Assembly: GCA_041480025.1 (NCBI GenBank)
Contig: JBGOZA010000001.1
Span: 1-49,199 of the forward strand
Source of the DNA: Candidatus Bathyarchaeia archaeon
Lineage (GTDB): Archaea > Thermoproteota > Bathyarchaeia > RBG-16-48-13 > GCA-020355125
Direction of reading: 5' to 3'
DNA: 49,199 bases
In this document: piece after piece, positions 35,279-45,142 of the stretch
Layout of the letters: each line of letters opens with the position of its first letter
Position numbering within the stretch: position 1 is the first letter of the stretch
The notes under the pieces: generated by a model
Told to the model about the DNA's origin: nothing
Databases searched by the model: none
What the model saw: the letters and a program-made list of their open reading frames with translations, nothing else
Position numbers and translations under genes: made by a program

Positions 35279-38050
35279 ATGATGCAGTTCGATGAAAAAG
35301 AGTATCAGATCGATTTCTTCAAAGAACAGGGCTTCGTGAGAAAGAAGTGCAGAATCTGTGGATCATATTTCTGGACCCAAAGAGGAGACAGGGACACCTG
35401 TGGTGACTCTCCTTGTGAAGAATACACATTCATCGGGAACCCTCCTACCCGTAGAAGTTATTCTGTAGATGAGACACGAGAACAATTCCTGAGTTTCTTT
35501 GAGAAGAACGGTCACACAAGAATCAAACCTTACCCAGTAATAGCCAGATGGAGAGAAGACCTGTTCCTCACAATCGCCAGTATAGCAGATTTTCAACCCT
35601 ATGTCACTGAAGGAATCATACCTCCACCTGCAAATCCATTAGTGATAAGCCAACCGTGTCTGCGTTTCTCAGATGTTGACAACGTTGGGCTCACTGCTGG
35701 TCGACATTTCGTAATATTCGAAATGGGAGGTGCACATGCCTTCAACTATCCTGACAAAAACGTCTATTGGAAAGACGAAACGGTCAGATTCCACCATCGC
35801 TTCATAACTGAAGCACTAGGAATAGAGTCTGAAGCTGCAACATACAAGGAAGGAGTCTGGTCAGGAGGAGGTAACGCCGGACCATGCCTCGAAGGAATAG
35901 TCTCTGGTCTTGAAGTCTGCACTCTTGTCTTCATGCAATATAGAGTCGTGAACGATAACTACATCGATATGCCCCTTAAGATTGTTGACACGGGCTATGG
36001 TATTGAGAGATACACTTGGTTGTCGCAGGGAACACCTAGTGGTTTCCACGCAGTCTACGGACCTATACTTGAGAAAGTTTTCTCACTTGCAGGACTTACG
36101 AACATCGACGAGCGCTTTCTGATTGAGAGCGCCAAGTTTTCCGCTCTAATGAATATTGAGAGTACAACTGACAAAATGGTTCTTAGACGCAAGGTTGCGC
36201 AACGATTGGAAATTGATCCCCAAGAACTCGCCAGAGTGATGTCTCCCATCGAAAACGCATATGCAGTAACCGATCATACAAAGGCGCTTGCATTCATGCT
36301 CGCCGAGGGCGTTGTCCCCTCCAACGTTAAGGCCGGGTATCTGACTAGACTGCTTGTGAGACGCACCCATCGGCTGCTCAGAAGCCTAGGGCTAGAAGAC
36401 AGATTATCCGACATAGTACAATGGCAGATTGACCGATGGTCCCCGAGCTATCCGAACCTCAAAGAAATGGAGAAAGAGATTCATGAAGCATTAGGTGCTG
36501 AGGAGCGAAAATACCAAGCAACTTTGAGACGAGGTCAAGAATTAACAAGGAGAATTGCTCGAGAACTTAAGTCAAGAGGACAGAAAGAGCTTTCTGAAGA
36601 AACGCTTGTCGAACTCTACGACTCTCATGGTGTACCTCCTGAGATAGTTGAGGAAGCCGCTAAGGCAGAAGAGATGACGGTAATTGTCCCCGACAATTTC
36701 TATAGCAGAGTCGCAGCAAGCCACAATTCTCCTGTTGTAGTCGAAGAGGAAGATTCCCTTGACCTTAGGGCAGAAGTGGAGGATCTTTCCCCTACGAGAA
36801 TGCTGTATTATGATGACCCTTACATACAGGTCTTCAAAGCAAAGGTCCTAAGGGTCTTGGACAACAACGTGATTCTTGACGAGACTGCTTTCTATCCCAA
36901 AGGTGGGGGGCAAGACTACGATACAGGAACTCTCACATTCGGGGGGAATGAAAGCAGAGTCACAGAAGCCCAGAAGATAGGTAACATAATTCTGCATACA
37001 ATTGAAGGACCCGTCCCTTCAGTCGGTCAAGAAGTCGTGGGAAAAATAAAATGGGATCGCCGCATAAGTCTTATGCGTCATCACACCTCAACTCACATTA
37101 TCTTGGGGGCTGTACGACGAGTTCTAGGACAACATTCTTGGCAAGCTGGGGCCGAAAAAGAAGAGGAGCATTCACGACTTGATGTTTCCCACTGGGACAG
37201 AATAACACCTGAGCAGATTATTGAAATTGAGAGACTCGCTAACCAACGTGTAATGGAGGATATCCCTGTAGATATCACCTGGCTTCAACGCGACGTGGCT
37301 GAGAGAACGTATGGTTTCCGCTTGTACCAAGGAGGAGTAGTCCCAGGAAGACAAATTCGAGTCGTTAGGATAGGCGACTGGGATGTTGAAGCTTGTGGTG
37401 GTACCCACCTCCGCTCCACCGGTGAAGTAGGAATAATAAAAATCCTGCACACAGAAAGAATACAGGACGGAGTAGAACGCATCGTATTCGTAAGTGGCCA
37501 TCCCGCCCTCAAGTACATTCAGGACATAGAGAAGCAGGCGAAAGAATGCTCTGAATCCCTGAATGTGCAAGTTGAAAATCTTACCGAAACAGTCAAGGCT
37601 CTATCTGATAAGGCTCGTTCACTCCAAAAAGAACTTGAGCGATTCAAGAAGGATGAGATTCGTCTTAACCTACAAGAACAACTGGACAAACACGCCACAA
37701 GGACCAACTCTGTGAGAATAGCTACAAGAGATTTCAGAGAGGTACAAACAGAGTCCTTGATAGAAGCAGGAAGCACCTTGACTAGGCAGAATCCAGATGC
37801 TGTAATCATCGCACTCTCCCGTTCAGAAACCAATGTGTCAATAGTCATCACCGCCGGAGAAACCGCAGTTGCAGAAGGCGTGAATTCAGGTGCAATAGCA
37901 GCATCTGCAGCGCAGATCTTGGGAGGAAGCGGTGGAGGTCGCCGGAACTTTGGGCAAGGAGGAGGACCCAAGACGGACAAGATTGGGGACGCCCTCAAAG
38001 TGGCCGAAGAAACACTCGTGCGTCAAGTAAAGGAGCTGAAACAGAAATGA
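35279..38050 (+). CDS. alaS: alanyl-tRNA synthetase
   Basis: About 920 aa archaeal-type AlaRS (FFKEQGF, class II core, HTSTH...CGGTH editing-domain zinc motif, C-terminal DHHA1-like GGGGG region). GGAGG precedes ATG 35279. Confidence 0.9.
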   Translation: MMQFDEKEYQIDFFKEQGFVRKKCRICGSYFWTQRGDRDTCGDSPCEEYTFIGNPPTRRSYSVDETREQFLSFFEKNGHTRIKPYPVIARWREDLFLTIASIADFQPYVTEGIIPPPANPLVISQPCLRFSDVDNVGLTAGRHFVIFEMGGAHAFNYPDKNVYWKDETVRFHHRFITEALGIESEAATYKEGVWSGGGNAGPCLEGIVSGLEVCTLVFMQYRVVNDNYIDMPLKIVDTGYGIERYTWLSQGTPSGFHAVYGPILEKVFSLAGLTNIDERFLIESAKFSALMNIESTTDKMVLRRKVAQRLEIDPQELARVMSPIENAYAVTDHTKALAFMLAEGVVPSNVKAGYLTRLLVRRTHRLLRSLGLEDRLSDIVQWQIDRWSPSYPNLKEMEKEIHEALGAEERKYQATLRRGQELTRRIARELKSRGQKELSEETLVELYDSHGVPPEIVEEAAKAEEMTVIVPDNFYSRVAASHNSPVVVEEEDSLDLRAEVEDLSPTRMLYYDDPYIQVFKAKVLRVLDNNVILDETAFYPKGGGQDYDTGTLTFGGNESRVTEAQKIGNIILHTIEGPVPSVGQEVVGKIKWDRRISLMRHHTSTHIILGAVRRVLGQHSWQAGAEKEEEHSRLDVSHWDRITPEQIIEIERLANQRVMEDIPVDITWLQRDVAERTYGFRLYQGGVVPGRQIRVVRIGDWDVEACGGTHLRSTGEVGIIKILHTERIQDGVERIVFVSGHPALKYIQDIEKQAKECSESLNVQVENLTETVKALSDKARSLQKELERFKKDEIRLNLQEQLDKHATRTNSVRIATRDFREVQTESLIEAGSTLTRQNPDAVIIALSRSETNVSIVITAGETAVAEGVNSGAIAASAAQILGGSGGGRRNFGQGGGPKTDKIGDALKVAEETLVRQVKELKQK

Positions 38051-40944
38051 GTCTCGACTGGAAGGCTCTTGAGGCAAAATGGCAGAAAAAATGGGATGAA
38101 AGCCACATTTTTGAATCTGACCCCAAAGAAGGAAAGAAGAAATTCTTCACAACGATAGCATTTCCCTATCCCAACATGCCTTTTCACGTGGGACATGGTC
38201 GACCCTATACTCTCACCGACGTGTATGCCAGATATATGAGAATGAGGGGATACAATGTTCTATTTCCGATGGCATTCCACTATACTGGAACACCTGTCCT
38301 AGCAATCGCGAAACGCGTGGCTGCAGGAGACGCAAGTCTAATTGAAGAAATGTCTTCACTCTACAAGGTTCCTCAGTCACAAATCTCCACGTTCAGTGAG
38401 CCACTAAACATTGCCAACTATTTCAGAAAAGATGAAAAAGAAACAATGAAGGCAATGGGCTACAGCATAGACTGGCGACGCGAGTTCACAACAATTGACC
38501 CACAGTTCAGCAAATTCATAGAGTGGCAGTTTAGGGCACTTAAGAACAGAAATCTAATCAGGCAAGGAAGTCATCCTGTCGGTTGGTGCACGAACGACAG
38601 CAACCCTATGGGTCAGCATGATACGAAAGACGATGTAGAACCTGAGATAGGCGAGATGACCCTAGTAAAATTCGGCTTTGGAGACTCATTCCTACCCACG
38701 GGAACGTTGAGGGCTGAGACAGTATTTGGCGTAACAAACATCTGGGTTAGACCCGACATAGACTACGTTCGCGCCAAAGTCGATGGAGAAAATTGGATCA
38801 TAAGTCAGAGATGCACGGAGAAACTTGTCCTACTCGGACGAAAAGTAAACATATTGGAACACGTTCCTGGCAAATCATTGGTTGGAAAAGAAGCCACCAA
38901 TCCAATCACAGGAAAGAAGATTCCAGTATTGCCAGCCTCATTTGTAGATCCTGGAAACGCCACTGGCGTAGTTATGTCTGTTCCAGGTCACGCACCCTTT
39001 GACTGGATTGCATTAGAAGAATTGAAGAAAGATCCACACCTGCTTCTATCGTATAATGTTGAATCTGAATTGGTTGAGAGCATTCAACCAGTCTCCGTTA
39101 TCTCGCTAGAAGCATATTCAGAATTCCCTGCCCTGGATGTTCTGAAACGTTTTGGAGCCGTGAATCAGAAAGACGAGAAGGTCGAGAATGCCACAAGGGA
39201 AGTTTACAGCCAGGAATTTCATCTCGGAACAATGAAGCAAATAGCTGGCAAATATGCAGGTATGAAAGTTTCTGAAGCTAGGCCTAAGGTCGAAGCAGAG
39301 CTTCTTGCTGAAGGAAAAGCTGAACGGATGTATGAGCTGCTGAATCGCCCTGTCTTCTGCAGATGCGGGAATGAAATCCTTGTGAAAGTTCTTGAAGATC
39401 AATGGTTCATAGATTACGGTAACGAAGACTGGAAGAAACTCGCACGAGAATGCCTTGATCTAATCAAGATTGCTCCAGAGGATCTCCGCGCTGAGTTTGA
39501 TAACGTCATAGGATGGCTGAAAGAAAAGGCCTGTGCACGAAGGCAGGGATTGGGAACCAAGCTTCCGTGGGACTCTCAATGGACAATAGAAAGCCTAAGC
39601 GACTCCACCATCTATATGGCATACTATATTCTCGCCAAATACATGAATCTGAAGAACATACAGGCTGAACACCTGACTGACGATGTCTTCAACTACGTTT
39701 TTCTTGGTGAAGGTAAAGCGACAACAGTCTCTGAAAAATCAGGTTTAGAAACTAACACTCTTCTCGAGATGCGAGAGGAGTTTCTATACTTCTATCCTTT
39801 GGACAGCAGAAACTCAGGACGTGATCTTGTCCCCAATCATCTCTCTTTCTTCATATTCAATCACGCTGTCCTCTTCCCCAAGCAACTGTGGCCCAAACAA
39901 ATAGTCGTTACTGGAAGTGTTCTTATGGAGGGGAAGAAGATGAGCAAATCTCTTGGCAACATAATTCCTTTGAAAGGAGCAATAAAGGACTTCGGGGCGG
40001 ACCCCTTTAGACTCACCATTCTCTCTTCAGCAGAACTTCTTCAAGACGCTGATTTCAGTCCCGCACTCGCCAGAGCAATGAAGGAAAGGCTGGAACGATT
40101 CTACACTTCCGCTCTTGAAGCCGCAAAGGACAGGACTGTCTACACCGAATCGATCCCAGATCGCTGGCTTCTCAGCCGTCTCCAAGAATATATTCATTCC
40201 ACGACAAAGGCTATGGATAGTCTAAGGTTTCGCGAAGCCATACAGAACGCTATCTACCTCCTAGACCAAGATATACAATGGTATATGAAGAGAACAGAGG
40301 CTCAGGGAAGAAGTGGACTATCATCAGTACTGAACAGGGTCTTGAAGACTAGAATTCTCTTCCTGGCCCCGTTTGCTCCACACCTTTGCGAAGAGCTCTG
40401 GGAGGTTATTGGTGGAGAAGGCTTTGTTTCAGACTCGAAGTGGCCTGAATACGACGAATCAAAGATAGATAGCAGAATTCTCCTCGGTGAGGACTTGATA
40501 GTGTCCGTGAAGAATGACTCTATCAACATTCTCAACGCCACCAACCTGGAGCCTAAGAGAATAGTCTTCTATGTTGCCTCAAGATGGAAATGGGAGATCT
40601 ACCTGAAAGCATTGAAGCTTGCAGAAGAGGGAGATCTGAAGATATCAGCAATTATGAAAGAAGCAATGAAAGATGACAATCTTAGAGGAGAAGGAAAACG
40701 AGTAGCATCTTTTGTTCAAGAAGTCGTAAGAGATCTCACAAGGACATCTGAAGAAACCGTCAAGAGGCGTCTAGCTTCTGGAGCGCAGCAAGAGTTCAAG
40801 ACCTTAATGGATGCAAAAGCCTTCCTAGCGAAGGAGTTGAAGGCAGAAATTGAAGTCTATGAGGAAGATTCGCCAACGAGGATAGACCCTAAGGACCGAG
40901 CACGGTTGGCGGAACCATATCGACCAGCGATATATGTGGAGTGA
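38047..40944 (+). CDS. leuS: leucyl-tRNA synthetase (archaeal type)
   Basis: 965 aa. PYPNMPFHVGHGRPY (HIGH) and KMSKSLGN motifs. Overlaps the alaS stop by ATGA. Confidence 0.9.
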   Translation: MSLDWKALEAKWQKKWDESHIFESDPKEGKKKFFTTIAFPYPNMPFHVGHGRPYTLTDVYARYMRMRGYNVLFPMAFHYTGTPVLAIAKRVAAGDASLIEEMSSLYKVPQSQISTFSEPLNIANYFRKDEKETMKAMGYSIDWRREFTTIDPQFSKFIEWQFRALKNRNLIRQGSHPVGWCTNDSNPMGQHDTKDDVEPEIGEMTLVKFGFGDSFLPTGTLRAETVFGVTNIWVRPDIDYVRAKVDGENWIISQRCTEKLVLLGRKVNILEHVPGKSLVGKEATNPITGKKIPVLPASFVDPGNATGVVMSVPGHAPFDWIALEELKKDPHLLLSYNVESELVESIQPVSVISLEAYSEFPALDVLKRFGAVNQKDEKVENATREVYSQEFHLGTMKQIAGKYAGMKVSEARPKVEAELLAEGKAERMYELLNRPVFCRCGNEILVKVLEDQWFIDYGNEDWKKLARECLDLIKIAPEDLRAEFDNVIGWLKEKACARRQGLGTKLPWDSQWTIESLSDSTIYMAYYILAKYMNLKNIQAEHLTDDVFNYVFLGEGKATTVSEKSGLETNTLLEMREEFLYFYPLDSRNSGRDLVPNHLSFFIFNHAVLFPKQLWPKQIVVTGSVLMEGKKMSKSLGNIIPLKGAIKDFGADPFRLTILSSAELLQDADFSPALARAMKERLERFYTSALEAAKDRTVYTESIPDRWLLSRLQEYIHSTTKAMDSLRFREAIQNAIYLLDQDIQWYMKRTEAQGRSGLSSVLNRVLKTRILFLAPFAPHLCEELWEVIGGEGFVSDSKWPEYDESKIDSRILLGEDLIVSVKNDSINILNATNLEPKRIVFYVASRWKWEIYLKALKLAEEGDLKISAIMKEAMKDDNLRGEGKRVASFVQEVVRDLTRTSEETVKRRLASGAQQEFKTLMDAKAFLAKELKAEIEVYEEDSPTRIDPKDRARLAEPYRPAIYVE

Positions 40945-41021
40945 AACAACGGTCCTACTCAGACTATGTTTCTCACGGAACGGACATTTCAGCACACCAC
41001 ATTGCGTGCGATCAAAGATTT

Positions 41022-41028
41022 CGCGCGC
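41022..41028. repeat. alternating GC tract CGCGCGC (non-coding)
   Basis: Read directly. Preceded by a segment homologous to 10241-10270. Confidence 0.9.
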
Positions 41029-41129
41029 TACAAACTAGCAGTCAACAAAAGGACCGATACACAAACAAGCATCACCAAGGCCTACCATTGGATAATCATT
41101 AATTACGATACAGATATTTGTATCCAATA

Positions 41130-41137
41130 GCGCGCGC
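41130..41137. repeat. alternating GC tract GCGCGCGC inside perfect palindrome TAGCGCGCGCTA (41128-41139)
   Basis: Read directly. Located in the leuS-HD spacer. Confidence 0.9.
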
Positions 41138-41201
41138 TAATAACGCACCACAACATCGCATCTGGAGATGTTGATACTAATTACGGCAAGGCAGTGTAGA
41201 A

Positions 41202-41918
41202 ATGGCAAACAACAAGGAAGTGGACAAGAAACTCCTAAAGTTTGTTAACGAAATCAAGGATAAGGAGCTCAGAAACAAAGTCAGAGATGTTCTAGAAGAC
41301 CCCTCAATCATCATTGCCGGGAACAAAATCACAGGACTCCCACTGCGGACTTCGCCTGCCTCTAAGAAGCACCATCATTCCTATCCAAAGGGGTTACTTC
41401 AACACATAGCAACCGTAAGCGCCCTTGGCACTACACTAAGCGATTTAGTGGAGCAGACTTATGGAACACCGGTGAACCGCGACGTAGTTCTAGCCTCAAC
41501 TCTCCTTCACGATATCATGAAGCCATTGACATATACACAAGAAGACGCGGGTTATGGTACATCCCCGTTAGGAGAACGGCTAGACCACCTAAGTCTTGCC
41601 GTAGCCGAGCTTGTCCGAAGAGGTTTCCCATTGGAGATCATTCATGCAGTAGCCGCTCATCATGGAAAAAGCGGACCATCTAGTCCTAAGACTATTGAAG
41701 CATTGATCTGCAGTCTATCTGATGAACTCGACGCATCACTGAACGGTGAAGTTCTGGACGCTGCCAGATATCTGATCCATGATTGTGTAGGTGCCGATGT
41801 GAAAGGACTCTCAGCAGAGGAAGCCTTCAGAATAGTTCGCGCGAAGCAGGAGAAAGGTTGTTCCGCTGTGACTGAGTTGTTCAGGAAGATTATGTCAGAT
41901 CGATCTGAGAAAGCATAA
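41202..41918 (+). CDS. HD-domain phosphohydrolase family protein
   Basis: HHHSYPKGLLQH...LLHDIMK...AAHHG metal-binding pattern. Confidence 0.6.
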   Translation: MANNKEVDKKLLKFVNEIKDKELRNKVRDVLEDPSIIIAGNKITGLPLRTSPASKKHHHSYPKGLLQHIATVSALGTTLSDLVEQTYGTPVNRDVVLASTLLHDIMKPLTYTQEDAGYGTSPLGERLDHLSLAVAELVRRGFPLEIIHAVAAHHGKSGPSSPKTIEALICSLSDELDASLNGEVLDAARYLIHDCVGADVKGLSAEEAFRIVRAKQEKGCSAVTELFRKIMSDRSEKA

Positions 41919-41977
41919 GCATTTAAGAATCTCAAAGTAGTCATAGTTGGCTCGTTCTTAGTTAGGATGATAATAAA

Positions 41978-43354
41978 TTGGTTTGTGACGTCTTAATCGT
42001 AGGCGCTGGCCCTGCTGGCCTTTTCGCTGCCAGAGAAATTGCTCTAAACTCAAAGATGAAAATAACCGTCGTGGACATGGGACGCGACGTAGAAAACCGA
42101 AAATGCGTTGCAAGTGACTACAAGGCTTGTACGAAATGCAATCCTTGTTCGATAATGTGCGGCGTTGGTGGCGCTGGAACATTATCCAGCGGACTGTTGA
42201 ACCTCAGACCTGATATAGGAGGAAACCTAACCCAGCTTCTTAACGACGAGAAAGCCGCTTGGGACCTTGTAAAATACGTTGATGACGCTTTTGTTGAGGC
42301 CGGGGCGCCAACCAAGCTGTATAGCCCTAATGAGGAAGACGCCATTGATCTTGAGAGGCGCTCTGCTTCAGTCGGAGTCAAATTCATTCCAATTGTTCAG
42401 AGACATATTGGAAGCGACAATGCTCCACGGGTCATTAACAACTTAGCCAATGATCTGAGAAAACGCGGAGTCGATATTCTACTCTTAAGGAAGGTTGTTA
42501 GGCTTGAGCAAGGTGCAGTGGTTCTGGATAATGGCGAGAGGATAGAGGCCAAATACATTCTTGCTGCTCCTGGCAGATCCGGTGCGAATTGGTTGGCAAC
42601 TGAGGCCCGTCGCCTCAACATCCCAAGCCGCTATCAACCGATTGATGTGGGCGTTAGGGTGGAGGTCCCAGCGACAGTCATGAGTCCTGTTATCGCAGTT
42701 AATCGTGACCCGAAGTTCCACATCTCTCCTGTAACATACGACGATTTTGTGAGAACGTTCTGTGTCAACCACCGAGGCTTCGTGGTTCAAGAAGTATATG
42801 ATGATTTTATTGGCGTCAACGGTCACGCAATGACTGAAAAGCTTTCAGATAACACGAACTTCGCATTCCTCGTTAGAGTTTCTCTGACAGAACCTTTGGA
42901 AGACACGACTGCCTACGGAAGAACAATAGCGATGCAGACAACAACTCTTGGTGGAGGGAAGCCTTTGCTTCAGAGTCTCCGAGACCTGACCAGAGGCCGC
43001 AGATCAACTTGGGACCGCATAAGACGCGGAACCGTAACACCTACATTGAACAATGTTACACCAGGAGACATAGCTATGGGCCTACCCCACAGAATAGTGA
43101 CCGACCTGCTGGAAGGCCTTGATAAGCTCGATCAAGTAATTCCCGGCGTTGCACAGGATTCCACTCTTCTTTATGCTCCCGAAGTGAAGTTCTCAGCTAA
43201 TCGAATCAGCACGAATTCTGACTTAGAATCTCCTATGAGAAACTTGTTTATGGCAGGAGATGGCGCCGGTCTGTCTGGCGGGCTGCTTACAGCCGCGGCC
43301 ACAGGGGTCATAGCTGCCAGAGGCATTCTGAGAAAAAGTGGAAAACTCCCTTAG
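41978..43354 (+). CDS. FAD-dependent oxidoreductase (COG2509-like)
   Basis: DVLIVGAGPAGLFAA dinucleotide-binding motif and a C-terminal GDGAGLSGG motif. TTG start. Confidence 0.7.
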   Translation: MVCDVLIVGAGPAGLFAAREIALNSKMKITVVDMGRDVENRKCVASDYKACTKCNPCSIMCGVGGAGTLSSGLLNLRPDIGGNLTQLLNDEKAAWDLVKYVDDAFVEAGAPTKLYSPNEEDAIDLERRSASVGVKFIPIVQRHIGSDNAPRVINNLANDLRKRGVDILLLRKVVRLEQGAVVLDNGERIEAKYILAAPGRSGANWLATEARRLNIPSRYQPIDVGVRVEVPATVMSPVIAVNRDPKFHISPVTYDDFVRTFCVNHRGFVVQEVYDDFIGVNGHAMTEKLSDNTNFAFLVRVSLTEPLEDTTAYGRTIAMQTTTLGGGKPLLQSLRDLTRGRRSTWDRIRRGTVTPTLNNVTPGDIAMGLPHRIVTDLLEGLDKLDQVIPGVAQDSTLLYAPEVKFSANRISTNSDLESPMRNLFMAGDGAGLSGGLLTAAATGVIAARGILRKSGKLP

Positions 43355-43419
43355 ACTCATGACACAACAGCGGAAATGCTTAAATTGCGAATGCAAGATG
43401 CTTAGCCAAAGTGTTCTTA

Positions 43420-44430
43420 ATGCCTAGTCTTGTTCTCGTCGGCGGATTTTATGGCGATGAGGGTAAAGGCAAGATAGTATCTTACCTCGCGAAGAAAGAC
43501 AACTGCACAATTGCAGTCAGAGGAGGAGTTGGTCCAAATGCGGGACATAGTATCGTATGGCAAGGAAAGACCTACGGACTCCGTATGCTTCCCAGCGCCT
43601 TTGTCAATCCGAAAACCCGTCTAATGATAGGACCCGGCGTTCTCGTGAATCCTGAAATCTTTTTGAAAGAGGTTACGGAACTTGGAGCTGAAAGGCGGAG
43701 TTCTCTTGACCCTCTATGCGCAATAATTGAACAGAAGCATATAGACCTGGATAGGGGTTCTGAGCACCTAAGCGGTAAGATCGGGACCACTGGAACCGGA
43801 ACCGGTCCATGCAACGTTGACCGAGTAAATCGCATAGTTAAGCTGGCACGAGATGTACCCGAGCTGAATGGTTATCTAGCTGATATTCCAGCAGCTGTGA
43901 ACCTAGCATTGGCAAAAGGTGAAAATGTGCTAGTAGAAGGAACTCAGGGAACTTTTCTAAGTCTTTTCCACGGTAGCTATCCATATGTAACATCAAAAGA
44001 CGTCACAGCAAGCTCAATAGCTGCAGATGTAGGGCTGGGACCAACGAACGTTGACGACGTCTTGGTCACCTTCAAAGCATATGTAACGCGGGTCGGAGCA
44101 GGCTTCCTGAAGGATGAGCTTTCCGCAGAGGAAACCTCCAAGAGAGGGTGGGCAGAATTCGGCACAGTCACGAAAAGACAAAGGAGAGCTGCTCCATTCG
44201 ACTATGATTTGGCTCGTCGGGCAGTGATGCTTAACGGAGCTACTCAGATCGCGATCACAAAGCTAGACGTCGTATTCCCTGACGCTAAGGGAGTAAACAC
44301 TTACAAGAACCTTCCAGCTGAAGCAAAAGATTTCATCAAAAGAATCGAAGATGAAGTAAGCGTCCCTGTAACGATAATAGGGACTGGACCGAGTGTCGAA
44401 GAAGTCGTAGATAGACGAGACGAAATTTGA
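43420..44430 (+). CDS. purA: adenylosuccinate synthetase (short archaeal form)
   Basis: GGFYGDEGKGKIV, GPNAGH, GTTGTGTGP and TKLD motifs. ATG 43420 is preferred over GTG 43411. Confidence 0.85.
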   Translation: MPSLVLVGGFYGDEGKGKIVSYLAKKDNCTIAVRGGVGPNAGHSIVWQGKTYGLRMLPSAFVNPKTRLMIGPGVLVNPEIFLKEVTELGAERRSSLDPLCAIIEQKHIDLDRGSEHLSGKIGTTGTGTGPCNVDRVNRIVKLARDVPELNGYLADIPAAVNLALAKGENVLVEGTQGTFLSLFHGSYPYVTSKDVTASSIAADVGLGPTNVDDVLVTFKAYVTRVGAGFLKDELSAEETSKRGWAEFGTVTKRQRRAAPFDYDLARRAVMLNGATQIAITKLDVVFPDAKGVNTYKNLPAEAKDFIKRIEDEVSVPVTIIGTGPSVEEVVDRRDEI

Positions 44431-44507
44431 GATCGGAAGTAGTGGAAAATCCGAAACTCCTAGTCCCGTCCTGGAAGGAAATCGGGACTCTACTCAACAG
44501 AATCGTA

Positions 44508-44515
44508 GCGCGCGC
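44508..44515. repeat. alternating GC tract GCGCGCGC inside palindrome AGCGCGCGCT (non-coding)
   Basis: Read directly. Located in the purA-cgi121 spacer. Confidence 0.9.
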
Positions 44516-44551
44516 TGGCATCCACAGGACTAAGCGCAGAATTAGCCAGTC

Positions 44552-45142
44552 TTGCTTAAGCACCAGCTGCGGAGAGAACAACTATTGAGGATTGACGAAT
44601 ATGACAAAGTTGTGGAAATCCGTTGCTACCGGTTGAAGAAGACCATTGATCCTAAGACTCTGATAGAAGATACTAGAATAGTCTGCAGCCCTGTCACAGT
44701 TCAACTCTTTGATGCTGAGACTGTAGCAGGCAAGAGACACCTCTTCTTTGCAGCTCTTAACGCCATAAAGAAATTCATTCAGGGGAGAGGTCTTTCCCAG
44801 TCATTGGATATTGAAATCCTTCTCTGCGTCTCCGCTCAGAAACAAATCGGAGAAGCAATTCGAATCAACGGCATTCAGAGACTAACCAAGAAAATCGCTG
44901 TAGTTCTTGTGGCTGACAGTGCTGAGGCTGCGCTAAATGCAGCCCAGAAACTAGAATTGTTGATTCCCGGCGTTAGAGACCAAACTCTCTTGAACAAGAT
45001 GGGCAAGAAGAAAAGAGACTATCTCATCAAGTCCTATGGCATAAGCTCCGCTGAGCTTGAAGTATTGCCAGGAATAAGCAACGAGGACGCAGTTGAGTGG
45101 CTGATAGTTGAGCGCACCGCTGTATTAGATACCAAGAGATGA
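44552..45142 (+). CDS. cgi121: KEOPS complex subunit Cgi121
   Basis: AGKRHLFFAALNAIKKF...SLDIEILLCVSAQKQIGEAIRINGI is the Cgi121 signature. The real start may be TTG 44585, with GGAGAG 8 nt upstream. Confidence 0.65.
   Translation: MLKHQLRREQLLRIDEYDKVVEIRCYRLKKTIDPKTLIEDTRIVCSPVTVQLFDAETVAGKRHLFFAALNAIKKFIQGRGLSQSLDIEILLCVSAQKQIGEAIRINGIQRLTKKIAVVLVADSAEAALNAAQKLELLIPGVRDQTLLNKMGKKKRDYLIKSYGISSAELEVLPGISNEDAVEWLIVERTAVLDTKR

Noticed and set aside
40966-41130. 54-codon ORF (MFLTERTFQHTTLRAIKDFARYKLAV...) spanning the leuS-HD spacer.
   Set aside because: It has no ribosome-binding site, runs through one GC tract and ends at the next. It overlaps the degraded repeat segment in a different frame from the homologous copy, so it is more likely a chance ORF in relic DNA.
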